In this document: piece by piece, positions 1 through 10,472 of the stretch
Numbering within the stretch: the stretch's first letter is position 1
Layout: every line of letters begins with the position of its first letter
Assembly (NCBI GenBank): GCA_016873675.1
Contig: VGWG01000003.1
Coordinates: 3,626 to 67,625, forward strand
From: Lentisphaerota bacterium
GTDB taxonomy: Bacteria > Verrucomicrobiota > Kiritimatiellia > RFP12 > JAAYNR01
Length of the DNA: 64,000 nt
Direction: 5' to 3'
The notes under the pieces: generated by a model
What the model was told of the DNA's origin: nothing
What the model saw: only the letters and a program-made list of their open reading frames with translations
The model's database searches: none
Position numbers and translations under genes: made by a program

Positions 1-1191
<1,191 letters not shown>

Positions 1192-1232
1192 CGCCTGCGT
1201 CCTTCATTTCATCGTGCGTATTTCAAATGGTT

Positions 1233-1859
1233 TCACGGGGCGGGGCATGAGGCCCGGTCCGTCAGTCCGGCCATCACCGTCTCGGCCAGGGCGTCACAGA
1301 CAAACGGCAGATTCCGGATGATCGCGGCATGTCCTTCCGCATTGGCCAGATCGCTCACACCCTTCACGAGGTGGCACGCCGCGCCACGTTCCCGGCAGAG
1401 GCTGACGACCGCAAATCCCTCCATGTCCACCAGCTCCGCAACTGTGGCGAGCGCCTGCCGCCGTCTGGCATCGAAGACCGGCTCGCCGACCGTCGCGAGA
1501 CGCGCCCGCTGCAAGCCCATCCAGGGACCCGTGGGCAGGCTCACCCCGGCGGTGGTCGTGCCCGCCAGCCATGCGTCGCCATCCAGCGCCTCGCTCACGG
1601 AAAACAGCGCGCCCGGCTCGCCACCGCCCAAGGAACCGCAAATGCCCGTGTTGATGACTCGGTCCGCATCCGGCTGGTCGAGCGCATACGCCGCCGCCCG
1701 CCGCGCTGCGGCGGCGCCCATGCCGCTGACGACAATGAGCCCGCCACCGGCCAATGCGAAGCGCCACGTGTCGAAGGGCCGCGCGGGAATGGGTTCGGCC
1801 GCCAGTCGCTCCAGCAACGGGCGGGCTTCCAGGTGGGTGGCAAGGAGCACGGCAATCAT
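1233..1859 (-). CDS. Nucleoside phosphorylase / MTA-SAH nucleosidase-like protein (PNP_UDP_1 family)
   Basis: SGMG, INTGICGSL, VDMEG and KGVSDLA motifs. Confidence 0.8.
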   Translation of the reverse strand: MIAVLLATHLEARPLLERLAAEPIPARPFDTWRFALAGGGLIVVSGMGAAAARRAAAYALDQPDADRVINTGICGSLGGGEPGALFSVSEALDGDAWLAGTTTAGVSLPTGPWMGLQRARLATVGEPVFDARRRQALATVAELVDMEGFAVVSLCRERGAACHLVKGVSDLANAEGHAAIIRNLPFVCDALAETVMAGLTDRASCPAP

Positions 1860-2230
1860 GGTGATGTCTGTTCGGCGTCATCGGCCGATTTGGCTTTGAA
1901 ACGGAGGCACAGATCGGTCGCCTGGGTTTCTCGGTTCGTGATCCCGCACCGCTGGCTGAACGGATTGACCACAAAATGCGCGCACCACCCGCAGCATGTG
2001 CGGCGTTCGTCGTCGGCAAAGATATTCAGCAGAGACGGCTTATCCGCCGCCGTGAATACCTTCGGCCGCTCGGCGGCGGCGGCAAAAGGCGCGGCGTCGG
2101 CATAGCGATGACCGCACGCCGTGCAGACCACCTCCTCGCCGACCCGCTGAAAACCCTCGTAAACCGGCTCGATCCGCGCCCACGCGGTCTGTCCGCACGC
2201 CGTACATTCGATTTCGCGAGAACTGCCCAT
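1856..2230 (-). CDS. Cys-rich hypothetical protein (two CxxC zinc-ribbon pairs plus C-terminal Cys cluster)
   Basis: CTACG twice and CCGWCAHF...C...C; 4-nt overlap with downstream gene. Confidence 0.65.
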   Translation of the reverse strand: MGSSREIECTACGQTAWARIEPVYEGFQRVGEEVVCTACGHRYADAAPFAAAAERPKVFTAADKPSLLNIFADDERRTCCGWCAHFVVNPFSQRCGITNRETQATDLCLRFKAKSADDAEQTSP

Positions 2231-2367
2231 AACGGCCGATAGCTTAGCCTATTATCGCCGCTTCGCGCAATTCGCAATCTTGAACGATACGTCGCACCCG
2301 GCAGCGAACCGTGTCGCGCTTCGTGCTCTTCCCGTCCACCAACCGCTCAGGCCGACTCGCTCGGACG

Positions 2368-3576
2368 TTAGAGAAACCGACTGATCGACTCCCCCAGCCG
2401 CTGCTCCAGCCACGGCGTCACCTTCCACAGGTCGCGCAGCGCGCGATATTCCGCAACGGCGTCGCCCTGACCGGGCGCCACGCCGTATTCGGCTCGAATC
2501 AGGAGGTTCTTGGCGGTCGCGTCGTGCGTGACGAATTCGACGATCTTCACACGATAGCCCAGGATGCGAAGCATTTGCGCGCGGAAAGTGTCGGTGAGCA
2601 GGTCGGCCAGCCGTTCGCGCAAAATGCCGTGCCGCAACATCGCCTTCATGGCTCCGCCCCCCGACAGCCCTTTGTTGAGTTCATGCTGGCAGCACGGCGC
2701 GCAGAGAATCCGGGGGCATTTCCACTCGACCGCGCGGGCCAGCGCCTCGTCGGTCGCCGTGTCACAGGCGTGCAGGCTGATCGTCAGGTTGGGCCGTACG
2801 TCCAGCGTGCTGTCGGCGAGTTCCCCCGCGACAAAGCGCACATCCTCATTCACGCCGAGATCGGCCGCCAGCCGTCGCGCGGCGGTGATCAACTCGACAT
2901 TGCGATCAATGCCGCGCACCTTGACGGAGCGCTTCCGCGCGTGCGTCAGATAACAATAGGCTGCAAACGTGATGTAGGCCTTGCCGCACCCGCAATCGGC
3001 GATGATGATCTCGTCCTCGGACCCTTTCCCGTCCGCGTCCCCGACCGTCGTGTCCAGAATCCGAAGGAACGCATTGACCTGATCGTATTTGCCCCGCATC
3101 GACGCCTTGATCCGGCCATCGGCATCGGCAATGCCCAGCGCTTTCAGCAGCGGCGCGGAATCAAAGTCGGTCAGCGGCTGTTGCTTGACCCGGTCGTGCG
3201 GCAGCGCCTCTTCGGCCTCGCGCGCCAGCGGCTTGCTGCGGGAGACCAGCTCCCGTCCCTTGTGCGTCACGCGGATATGGAGGTCGGCCGAGGCCGTCTG
3301 CACGTGCAGCTCGCGCGCGCCCGGCTGGCGGATGACCTCCTCGATGGCGGCGCGCGCGTCGGCGGCGTCCAGATTGGTGACGGTGATCCGGCCCGCCTCG
3401 CCCGTTTCGGCCTGCAGCACCCGCCCGGTCTTCAGCTCGACCGGCCGGAAACTCACGCGCGACAGGCGCCCGCCGTAACGCGCGACCTGCGTCAGCCGCA
3501 TAAAACCCGGCTCGTCAAACACGCGGCTACGCACCTCGTCTGCCAGCACCGCGCTCAATCCATCACTCGCTCCCAT
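2368..3576 (-). CDS. Class I SAM-dependent methyltransferase (Methyltransf_32-like)
   Basis: DCGCGKAY, SLHACDTATD and APCCQHE motifs; start moved to ATG 3576, overlapping add stop. Confidence 0.85.
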   Translation of the reverse strand: MGASDGLSAVLADEVRSRVFDEPGFMRLTQVARYGGRLSRVSFRPVELKTGRVLQAETGEAGRITVTNLDAADARAAIEEVIRQPGARELHVQTASADLHIRVTHKGRELVSRSKPLAREAEEALPHDRVKQQPLTDFDSAPLLKALGIADADGRIKASMRGKYDQVNAFLRILDTTVGDADGKGSEDEIIIADCGCGKAYITFAAYCYLTHARKRSVKVRGIDRNVELITAARRLAADLGVNEDVRFVAGELADSTLDVRPNLTISLHACDTATDEALARAVEWKCPRILCAPCCQHELNKGLSGGGAMKAMLRHGILRERLADLLTDTFRAQMLRILGYRVKIVEFVTHDATAKNLLIRAEYGVAPGQGDAVAEYRALRDLWKVTPWLEQRLGESISRFL

Positions 3577-4783
3577 GTCCGCTCCCTTGCGCCAGCCGTT
3601 CGAACCGGGCGGCCGCCTGCGCCACAAACGCCCGTTTTTCCACATACGATCCGGGAAAGAACGCCCCTTTGAATCCGGCGAGCACCAACTGTTTCACGCC
3701 CGCAATGTCGAGTTTGCAGCAATCCGCCACGCGGCACAGTTCCGCCGTCACCGTCGTGTGCGAGACCAGCCGGTTGTCGGTCGCCACGGCCACCGGAAGC
3801 TGCCGTTCGATCATCCGGCGCACCGGGTGGTTGGCCAAATCGCCACCCAGCTCAGGCATGGTCTGCAGGTTGCTCGTCGGGCAGACCTCGATCGTGATGC
3901 GCCGCGTGGCGATGTATTCGACCAGCGCGTTGACATACCCCTCGCGGTCGGCGATGGCGGCGCTGGCGATCCGGTCCGGGGCAAAAAGCCAGGTGCCGTG
4001 CCCGATTCGCTCGGCATGGCAGAGAGTGATCGCCTCATAGATCGATTCGGGGCCGTACGCCTCGCCCGCATGAACGGTCTTGCGCAGAAACCGGCTGTGC
4101 GCCTCCTGATAGGCGGCAGCGTGGTGCCCGGCGCGGTAGCCGGCCTCTTCACCCGCGAGGTCAAAACCCACAACGGGGAGGCCGTCGCGGTCGCGGCTAG
4201 CCACGGCCACCCGCGCCATCTCCTGGGACGCCAGGGCCACGATCTGCTTGTGCGGCATGCTGGGAAAGGCATCGAGCAGGGCGTCGTAATAGCCGCTCAT
4301 CCCCCGCTGAAAATTGCGCATCGCGCAGCAAATGATGCCCGATACGAACGGCATGTCCGCGCCGGAAGCCACAGCCACGCTGGCGCGGAAGTGACGCGCC
4401 GCCCGCGACAGCCCCGCCGCCACAGCCTGCAACACCCCGCCCAATTCACAGCCGCGCGTGACGAGCAACTGGGGCGCCAGCCGGACCTCCATGTAGCGCA
4501 CCCCATCGGTGATCGCATCTTGCGCCAGCTCATACGCCACCCGCTCAAGGGCCTCGCCATCCCGCATCACGGCGCAGGTATACTGAAACCCCTGCAAATA
4601 ATCGGCCAAGTCACGGTAAACCGGCTTGAACACCAGCTCCCGCAAGCCCGCTGGCGACTGAGAGGGAAGCGCAACGCCCCGTTCCCGCGCCAGCTCGATC
4701 AACGTCTCCAGACGCAACGATCCGTCCAGATGGACATGAATGTCGCTCTTCGGCGCCCGCGTGATCAGTTCGTGTAACGTCAT
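3563..4783 (-). CDS. add: Adenosine deaminase family protein
   Basis: HVHLDGS, GFDLAGEE, TVHAGE, RIGHG, EVCPTSN and TDN motifs. Confidence 0.88.
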   Translation of the reverse strand: MTLHELITRAPKSDIHVHLDGSLRLETLIELARERGVALPSQSPAGLRELVFKPVYRDLADYLQGFQYTCAVMRDGEALERVAYELAQDAITDGVRYMEVRLAPQLLVTRGCELGGVLQAVAAGLSRAARHFRASVAVASGADMPFVSGIICCAMRNFQRGMSGYYDALLDAFPSMPHKQIVALASQEMARVAVASRDRDGLPVVGFDLAGEEAGYRAGHHAAAYQEAHSRFLRKTVHAGEAYGPESIYEAITLCHAERIGHGTWLFAPDRIASAAIADREGYVNALVEYIATRRITIEVCPTSNLQTMPELGGDLANHPVRRMIERQLPVAVATDNRLVSHTTVTAELCRVADCCKLDIAGVKQLVLAGFKGAFFPGSYVEKRAFVAQAAARFERLAQGSGHGSE

Positions 4784-4791
4784 GTGTAGAG

Positions 4792-4797
4792 AGTATA
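4792..4797 (-). promoter_or_regulatory. Putative -10 box (TATACT) 8 nt before add start codon
   Basis: Minus strand TATACT-ctctacac-ATG with no Shine-Dalgarno. Confidence 0.5.
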
Positions 4798-4820
4798 CAA
4801 TGCCCGCCTCTCGGCCGCCA

Positions 4821-4850
4821 GTAATTCTAATTTTGGTAATTCTAATTTTG
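4821..4850. repeat. Perfect 15-bp AT-rich tandem direct repeat (GTAATTCTAATTTTG x2)
   Basis: 4821-4835 identical to 4836-4850. Confidence 0.95.
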
Positions 4851-4894
4851 GTCGTCGATATCGGTAGCCAAATCGGCGTCTAGCGTGGCGTTTG

Positions 4895-5886
4895 TTAGCA
4901 CGATGCCTGTTCTTCTTGCTTCCCCGCGTCGCGCGGATATTCGCGAAACCCGACAGCCCACCCCTTATCCTGCCAAAAGTGCTTTTCATATGCCGCATAC
5001 CAATCGCGCGCCAGATCGGGCCAGAGCTCCGGCGCGAAAATCAGCGTGTGCGAATTGCCGGTGCCGCGGCTGCATTCAAAAACCTGGCCGGTGCGGTAAT
5101 CAGCCACGTAGGGCGGCAACCCGTGTGAGTCGAGCATGGGACCGGTAAAGGCACGCCGTTCGCGGTTCACGAAGTCGCGCACGTCCAGATCGAGCAGCGC
5201 CGCCGCCCGCTGGATGCAAGCCACGGCGCAAATGACGTCGATCGGATAGCACTCGCCCGGGTAATCCTCGATCAGGCCCGTGGGCGATGCGTCGAGCGTG
5301 GCGCGCAGCGTCTGGACCTGGTCGCGCAGCAGGGGCAGGTGTTGGCGGTCACCGGTGAGGCGGGTGTAGCTGGTGACACCGGCGATCAGCAACGACCGGA
5401 AGAAGCAGTTCTGGTTGTGCAGATAGTCATCGCCCCAGTGCTGCCGCACCCAGGTGTGATGCACCGGATCGAGGATCACGGCTATCGCCGCATCAATCGC
5501 CGGCCGCGCATAGACCGCCGGCGCCGGACCGCGACGGGCCGGGTTCTGCTTCTCCCAATCGGCCTGCAGCGCTTCCGTCGCCCACAGATAGAAGACCGAA
5601 CCGAAGATCGGCCATTCCGTCCGCGGCACATCGTGCAGCGGTAGATGCCCGGCGCGACCCGAAGCGATCCGTTCGCGCGCCCACGCCGTGAAGCGCGGCG
5701 CCAGCGTGCGATGCAACAGCCAGGCCTGCTGCGGAATCCCCGGATCGCGCAAGGCCGGATCGCACAGGTTGACGCAGACGATCACCCGGGCACCAGAAAG
5801 AAATAGAACGCCCCCGCCGCCAGCGCCCCCGCATACACCTGCCGAACCCGCCGCCACCATTCATCTCGGCTCGACGCATCATTCAT
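4895..5886 (-). pseudogene. Membrane-anchored protein resembling linalool dehydratase/isomerase-like helical barrels; frameshifted near 5786 and probably 3'-truncated
   Basis: SD plus ATG 5886 reads MNDASSRDEWW...AFYFFLVPG then TGA; one extra G restores ...PGVIVCVNLCD into the long ORF (EDYPGECYPID, SRG, GFREYP). Family call is from memory. Confidence 0.6.
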
Positions 5887-5908
5887 GTTTCTTTCCTTCC
5901 CAATTAGA

Positions 5909-7351
5909 CTACGTTGTCATACGTTGGCCGGATAGGCGCGGCGCTACGCGCCCGCCGTGTGCATCATCCTGCCGGTCCCGTAGCAACCGACCTACTGGCT
6001 GCTCGGGTTCGCCGCCATAGGCGACCCACTTGGCCAAGCGCGCCACATTACGCATCCCCACCAGATGTCCCAGCATGGAAGCCGGGCGGCCAAATTTCCG
6101 GTAGAGGAGATTGAATTCCAAATATGCCCGCACCTGGGCCGTCGCGGTTGGCCAACGACGTGCGATCCCTTCCCAGGAGTAGAACCGGCGGTACATCCAC
6201 CGATGCCCCTGCTCCAGGTCTGTCGCCGACATGCGCGCCGGGCGAAAAACGGCGTGTGCCGTGTTGTAGTGTTCGTAATCGCGATCAATAATACGTCCTT
6301 CGGATGCCAATTGCGTGTGCAGCACGGTCCCCGGATATGGAGTGAGGATGTGCGCCGTCATGGAGGAGACGCGATTGCGCAACAACCAGTTCAACGTGTC
6401 GGGAAAGACATCCGGCGTGTCCTCATCAAAACCAAACACCATGCTGGCGTTGACCAACATGCCGCGCGCATGAATCCGGGCAATGGTGGCGTCATACTCC
6501 TCCGGCCGGTTTTGACCCTTTCCGCACCCCTGCAGGGCGGCGCGGCGCACGGTTTCAAAACCAATGAACAGACTCTTGCAGCCACTGGCCGCCATTTCGT
6601 CGAGCAAGTCCTCGTGTCGGCCAATGTCCGCCGAGACCGCTGTGTGCCACGTCAGATTCAGCGGCCGCAGCGCAGCTACTAATTCTCGTGTCTGTGCTGG
6701 ATTTCCCAGAAAGTTGTCGTCAATGAACATCACATGTCGCGTGCCCAGACTCTCGATCTCGCGCAGCACATGGCTGACGGGTTTCATGCGATACCGTGCG
6801 TCAATATTGGGAGAGCTGTTATAGCAGAAAGAACAACGCCACGGACAACCGCGCCCGGCTGTCAGCGTATTGGTAAACAGGTAACGTTGGGCATCGAGCA
6901 GTTCCCATCGTGGCACAGGGGAATCGGCCGGATCGACCAGTCGTGTGTTGCGATAGCATCGCTGCAGACACCCGGCCTCGACATGTTGCAGCAGTTCCGG
7001 CCATAAATACTCGGCTTCGCCAATCACCACGGCATCACAGTGCAGCAGGCAATCCTCCGGACAGGCTGTTGGATGAATGCCACCCATCACAACCGGGATG
7101 CCACGCCGCCGGTAGTCGGCCGCGATACGTGAAGCTCGAAGAAACGTATCGGCCTTGACCGTGATGCCAACCAAATCCGGCGTATCACTCCAATCCAGCG
7201 GCTGCACGTTCTCGTCCACCACTGTTACCCGATGCCGGTGGGGGGTCAGCGCGCCCAGCACCAGCAGGGCCAGCGGCGGTGCCATATGCGTCTTCCAGTC
7301 CGAATCCATCGGACGCCGCGTCACGGCCGGCGAGATCAGTTTGATCCACAT
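5909..7351 (-). CDS. B12-binding-domain radical SAM protein (class B methyltransferase-like)
   Basis: N-terminal cobalamin domain (PPLALL, GGIHPT, IGEAE); GRGCPWRCSFC; FIDDN; IGFET; TPYPGT. Confidence 0.92.
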   Translation of the reverse strand: MWIKLISPAVTRRPMDSDWKTHMAPPLALLVLGALTPHRHRVTVVDENVQPLDWSDTPDLVGITVKADTFLRASRIAADYRRRGIPVVMGGIHPTACPEDCLLHCDAVVIGEAEYLWPELLQHVEAGCLQRCYRNTRLVDPADSPVPRWELLDAQRYLFTNTLTAGRGCPWRCSFCYNSSPNIDARYRMKPVSHVLREIESLGTRHVMFIDDNFLGNPAQTRELVAALRPLNLTWHTAVSADIGRHEDLLDEMAASGCKSLFIGFETVRRAALQGCGKGQNRPEEYDATIARIHARGMLVNASMVFGFDEDTPDVFPDTLNWLLRNRVSSMTAHILTPYPGTVLHTQLASEGRIIDRDYEHYNTAHAVFRPARMSATDLEQGHRWMYRRFYSWEGIARRWPTATAQVRAYLEFNLLYRKFGRPASMLGHLVGMRNVARLAKWVAYGGEPEQPVGRLLRDRQDDAHGGRVAPRLSGQRMTT

Positions 7352-7367
7352 GGTTGTGTTTTCCTCA

Positions 7368-8117
7368 CTATCGTGGCGCGCCCAGGGCTCCGAGCCACGG
7401 ACACATCACCTGAAACCAGAGATGCTCGAAGAAGTTGCTGGAAAAGGCGGCCGGATTCCAGAACGTGATCGCCAGATCCGGGCGTTGCACAAATGGACTC
7501 AGCAGCCAGGCGCACTGCGTGCCGACCAATCCCGTGGTCAGCACCCACGCCACCAGCACCCGCCACGCCACGCCGCAGTTCGGGGTCAGCGCGCGCAGCA
7601 GGCGGAACAAGCGCGCGTAGCCGACCACCCCGGCACACCCGACACTGATCACCAGCGCTGACAACAACACGCGATACGCCGCCAGGCCTCCGGACGCCTC
7701 CGGTCGCGGCGCCTGCGTGACCAGATAGGCCACCACCGGCGACAGCGACGCCAGCAGAACGGCGGTGATGGACATCGCCCCCAAGACACACCGACGCAAC
7801 TGCCGCACCGAGAGACCGCCGCCCAACAGCCAATTCAGCATGGTATTTGCCGCCACGCTCAGCCAGACCACGGCGTGCAGCATCAGCGGCATCTTGATGG
7901 CTCCGTACAGCGCCTGCCAGGGCGATCGCCAGCAGCCAAATGCCGCGCCAAACGCCGCCATGCCGAGAACAATCAGCAGGCTCCAGCCGAGGGAGAACAG
8001 CTCCGTGCTACGGTCTTCGCGCAACGCATCGACCAACGATTTCTCCATGCGGCACAGCCGCACGGGATCCATGGCCCTGCGTAGACCTCCGCTGGCACCG
8101 TTGCTTGGTCCGCACAT
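7368..8117 (-). CDS. Multi-pass membrane protein (Yip1-like), paralogue of the upstream gene
   Basis: About 5 hydrophobic helices; C-terminal VGTQCAWLLSPF; SD AAGGAG before ATG 8117. Confidence 0.7.
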   Translation of the reverse strand: MCGPSNGASGGLRRAMDPVRLCRMEKSLVDALREDRSTELFSLGWSLLIVLGMAAFGAAFGCWRSPWQALYGAIKMPLMLHAVVWLSVAANTMLNWLLGGGLSVRQLRRCVLGAMSITAVLLASLSPVVAYLVTQAPRPEASGGLAAYRVLLSALVISVGCAGVVGYARLFRLLRALTPNCGVAWRVLVAWVLTTGLVGTQCAWLLSPFVQRPDLAITFWNPAAFSSNFFEHLWFQVMCPWLGALGAPR

Positions 8118-8139
8118 CTGCGCTGCTCCTTTGCGTCTC

Positions 8140-8880
8140 CTAATTAAACCAGGCATGCAGGAAGAAATCCCGCGGCGCAAAATCCCATCCCTCAAAGGGT
8201 CCCATCAGCGGCCGCAAGGTGGTCGTCATCTGGAGACACACGACGACAAAGATGATGCACCAGACCGGGAGCGCCTGCATGAACGTGCCGTTTAAATCGA
8301 CCAGCCAACCGCCCAGTCGCCGTAGCGCAAACACGCACGAGATCAGCCAAAGCAGAACATGCATTCCGCCCATAAAGCCGGCGGAATGCGTGGACTGCGT
8401 GAAGATCCACGCGACCGGCGCAAAGCCCGCCATCAAAACCACCAGCAGAGCCAGCGAAGCAGCCAGCAACCCGGTCAGATCGCGCGCCGACTGCCGGCCG
8501 CCGGACAGGCAGAGCAGAATGTAAAGACTGGGCCAGCAGATTACAGCGGACGCCAGCAAACCGCCTGCCAGTTTCACCGGCACAATCGCGATCTGCATGT
8601 CACCCGGAAACAGCCCCACGACTACGCCGTAGGCCGCCATGCCCAGAAGCCCCATGACGGTGAGTTGCCGCGTCAGGTATCCGCTGTCGGCGCCGGTCAA
8701 ACCCGCCGCCAGGCGGTCGGGTTGCTTGAGCAACGCATCCAGAATCGCGCCCCAACCGCGTATCGGACGACGGTCAACAACACGGACCGGAAACCCTAGA
8801 AGCGGCGGCGGAAGTTGCTGATCGAGAACATCTTCTGCGCCGATGCTGTTGTCTTTGACAGGATCTTGTTCTGTACTCAT
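8140..8880 (-). CDS. Multi-pass membrane protein (Yip1-like)
   Basis: Hydrophobic helices, WPSLYI and VCLQMTTTLRPL; ATG 8880 overlaps upstream TGA. Confidence 0.7.
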   Translation of the reverse strand: MSTEQDPVKDNSIGAEDVLDQQLPPPLLGFPVRVVDRRPIRGWGAILDALLKQPDRLAAGLTGADSGYLTRQLTVMGLLGMAAYGVVVGLFPGDMQIAIVPVKLAGGLLASAVICWPSLYILLCLSGGRQSARDLTGLLAASLALLVVLMAGFAPVAWIFTQSTHSAGFMGGMHVLLWLISCVFALRRLGGWLVDLNGTFMQALPVWCIIFVVVCLQMTTTLRPLMGPFEGWDFAPRDFFLHAWFN

Positions 8881-10040
8881 GATGGATCTCCTTTGCATTG
8901 CGGCCGCCACAGGCCAAAGACCATGGCCACGGCTGCACACTCCCAACCAAACGGGCCATACCCGGCAAATCCCAGCAACGGCATCTCGAAGACGTAGAAG
9001 CGACCGACATACGGCACGTCATAGACCCAGCGCGCCAAGCTGTACATGTTCCACATCTCCCAAAAACCTCCGCAGATCACCGCCGCCAGAGAAAGACGCA
9101 CGAGCGTGCGCCAGTCGCCGCGTCCCAGATCATCAAACAGCGTCTCCTGACCCGCCGCCGCCAACAACCCGCACAGCACGGCCAGCGGGGCCAGCCAGAG
9201 CAGTGGAAAGAGCACATTCGGAAACACGGGCAGGAGAAAGAGTCCGGCAGCCCCTGCCAGCGCAAATCCTGCGCCAGCCAGCCGCGGACGCGCAAACCGA
9301 ATGCGGCCCCAATCCTCCAGTCCGGCGGTCAGACGCGGCATCGTGGCCAGCCAGTCGTGCGTGCCCAGCACCGCCGGCAGCACCGTGGTGAAGGAAAGCG
9401 TGGCCATGAGCGCATACTCGAACGGCGAGAAACGTTCCACGTTCTGATAGAACCAGTTCTGCACGCTGCGATTGAGAAACTCGAATCCCCACCAGAAAAC
9501 CGCACTGCAGGCCGCCAATCCCGCGAGCGCGGCAGGCCGGCGCGTGAGCCAGCACGCACCCGCGCGGCGTTGCGTCAGCCCCAGAATCGTCACAATGTAC
9601 CCCATCCAAAGGAACACGTAGGTGTGGCGCTGGATCGGCGCGAGCGCCGGAATGCGAGTCCACGCAACCCCCCACGCCATCAGCATCCAGCCGAGTCCCG
9701 CCCAGCCCCATGCGGGCATTCCAAACCGGTCCGCAAAGCGGCCGTGGCGCGTTCCGATCGCGCATGACAGGGGGTCGGCGCGCATCACACGCCACACTAC
9801 CGGCAGAACCACCGCCACAATCGCCAGCGCCAGACCCACCCAAACCCACCCCACAAACGGCGCATGCTGCACGATCACCCGCTGCGGCGGGAATTCGAGC
9901 CAGACCGATGCCGGCAGTCCGACCCAGCGACCACCGGCTACCGGCAGCGCCACGATCAGCGCCAGCGCCAGCACGGCCACCGACAGGCGGCGCGCACGCC
10001 CGTCCATATTGGCAGAGTACTTTGCATGACAGAGTTTCAT
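8877..10040 (-). CDS. Conserved hypothetical integral membrane protein (start could be 10007)
   Basis: About 10 TM segments; internally repeated WWGFEFLN..NWFY / FWEMWN..WVY; FEMPLLGF. Confidence 0.75.
   Translation of the reverse strand: MKLCHAKYSANMDGRARRLSVAVLALALIVALPVAGGRWVGLPASVWLEFPPQRVIVQHAPFVGWVWVGLALAIVAVVLPVVWRVMRADPLSCAIGTRHGRFADRFGMPAWGWAGLGWMLMAWGVAWTRIPALAPIQRHTYVFLWMGYIVTILGLTQRRAGACWLTRRPAALAGLAACSAVFWWGFEFLNRSVQNWFYQNVERFSPFEYALMATLSFTTVLPAVLGTHDWLATMPRLTAGLEDWGRIRFARPRLAGAGFALAGAAGLFLLPVFPNVLFPLLWLAPLAVLCGLLAAAGQETLFDDLGRGDWRTLVRLSLAAVICGGFWEMWNMYSLARWVYDVPYVGRFYVFEMPLLGFAGYGPFGWECAAVAMVFGLWRPQCKGDPS
10012..10037. promoter_or_regulatory. Putative operator, copy 2 (CAGAG-TA-CTTTG-N5-CAGAG)
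   Basis: 20/26 identity to 11111-11136 by manual alignment. Confidence 0.6.
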
Positions 10041-10097
10041 GACGTCACCTTGTCTTTCTTATTCCTATCGCCTGAAACCTGACACCTGGTCAACGCG

Positions 10098-10472
10098 CTA
10101 CGCCCGCACCGGCGCTGCCAGCGTCGTGCGCGCTGGCGCGTTTGCTCGCCGGGCCGCCCGGCGGGCCTCCTGCAACACCGACTCCAGTGTCTCCAGATAC
10201 TGGTGAAAGCGCGTCAGGCCTCCTCGCGTCAGCACAATCGTGGTGCGCGGCTTATCATTCACAAAAGCCTTTTGCACGCGAACGATCCCCGCCTCCTCCA
10301 GTGTCTTGAGATGGCGGTTGAGATTGCCGTCGGTCAAGCGGCAGGTGTCGCGCAGTTCCGTAAAGGCGAGTCCGTTGCGGGCCGTGCAGAGCGCCGATAA
10401 AATCGCGAGGCGCTTCGGCTCGTGAAACAGGCGCTCCAAGGCACCGGCCGGGTCATGCAGGGAATCCGTCAT
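10098..10472 (-). CDS. Winged-helix transcriptional regulator (HTH_34 / ArsR-MarR-like)
   Basis: HEPKRLAIL...FTELR...LTDGNLNRHLKTLEEAG...KPRT; SD AAGGAGG before ATG 10472. Confidence 0.9.
   Translation of the reverse strand: MTDSLHDPAGALERLFHEPKRLAILSALCTARNGLAFTELRDTCRLTDGNLNRHLKTLEEAGIVRVQKAFVNDKPRTTIVLTRGGLTRFHQYLETLESVLQEARRAARRANAPARTTLAAPVRA

Noticed and set aside
4855-4900. Integron attC site after the truncated gene (GCTAAC at the stop); similar TAAC at 11455
   Set aside because: No matching GTTRRRY end or attC-like hairpin, and no integrase
5782-5784. Selenocysteine or stop read-through at the in-frame TGA
   Set aside because: The read-through frame is not protein-like; the conserved sequence continues in another frame, so it is a frameshift
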